In this document: piece by piece, positions 12,166 to 12,425 of the stretch | Position numbering within the stretch: the first letter of the stretch is position 1 | Layout: every line of letters begins with the position of its first letter | From: Pseudomonadota bacterium | GTDB taxonomy: Bacteria; Bdellovibrionota_G; JALEGL01; DATDPG01 | Assembly: GCA_043804515.1 (NCBI GenBank) | Contig: JAZDIZ010000099.1 | Span: 1 to 12,425 of the forward strand | DNA: 12,425 bases | Direction of reading: 5' to 3' | The notes under the pieces: generated by a model | The model's database searches: none | The model's input: only the letters and a program-made list of their open reading frames with translations | What the model was told of the DNA's origin: nothing | Translations under genes and position numbers: made by a program

Positions 12166-12425
12166 GTGGACACGTTCACACTGGCCGAGCTCGGCCTCCT
12201 CATCCTCCTGATCGCATGTTCCGCGTTCTTCTCGGGTTCTGAAGCGTCCCTCTTCAGCTTGGGACTTTCTCGCGTGCGTCGCCTCAAAGCCGACGCCCCG
12301 CGGAGCTTCGCGGCGGGCCAAAGGCTCTTACGCGAACCGACCCGTCTCATCTCCACGCTCCTGATCGGAAATGAATTGGTGAACGCGGCCGTGGGCGTCA
12401 TCGGTTCATCCCTCGTGTACAAGTT
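12166..12425 (+). CDS. CNNM/DUF21 membrane protein (CorB/TlyC 'hemolysin' family, Mg2+/Co2+ transport-related), partial
   Basis: GTG 6 nt after the lon stop, open to the window end: MDTFTLAELGLLILLIACSAFFSGSEASLFSL...RLISTLLIGNELVN. SAFFSxSE and TLLIGN are DUF21 signatures. Absent from the ORF track, probably because no stop codon falls inside the window. Confidence 0.92.
   Translation, partial: MDTFTLAELGLLILLIACSAFFSGSEASLFSLGLSRVRRLKADAPRSFAAGQRLLREPTRLISTLLIGNELVNAAVGVIGSSLVYK

Overview
Mostly a housekeeping region. The left 4.76 kb is a minus-strand rRNA operon: two tandem sigma70-type promoters, a leader with boxA, 16S, tRNA-Ile(GAT), tRNA-Ala(TGC) and a 23S gene that runs off the left edge. 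The 16S variable regions look like a divergent member of the former Deltaproteobacteria (Myxococcota/Bdellovibrionota-like; inference only). To the right are a probably exported M3A (thimet-oligopeptidase-like) zinc peptidase on + and tyrS on -. Divergent from tyrS is a likely + strand operon: a lipoprotein with SurA-N-like and DsbA domains, Lon protease, and the start of a CNNM/DUF21 (CorB/TlyC-type) membrane protein that the ORF track lacks. I see no mobile element, CRISPR array, intron or defence system, and cannot support a new multi-gene system. The most notable observations are a 16S helix 44 tip about 11 nt shorter than E. coli, other 16S changes at conserved positions (including a compensated C115-G312 swap), a bidirectional -10 at the upstream rRNA promoter paired with an unexplained + strand terminator-like hairpin, and the peptidase lying between tyrS and the rRNA operon.
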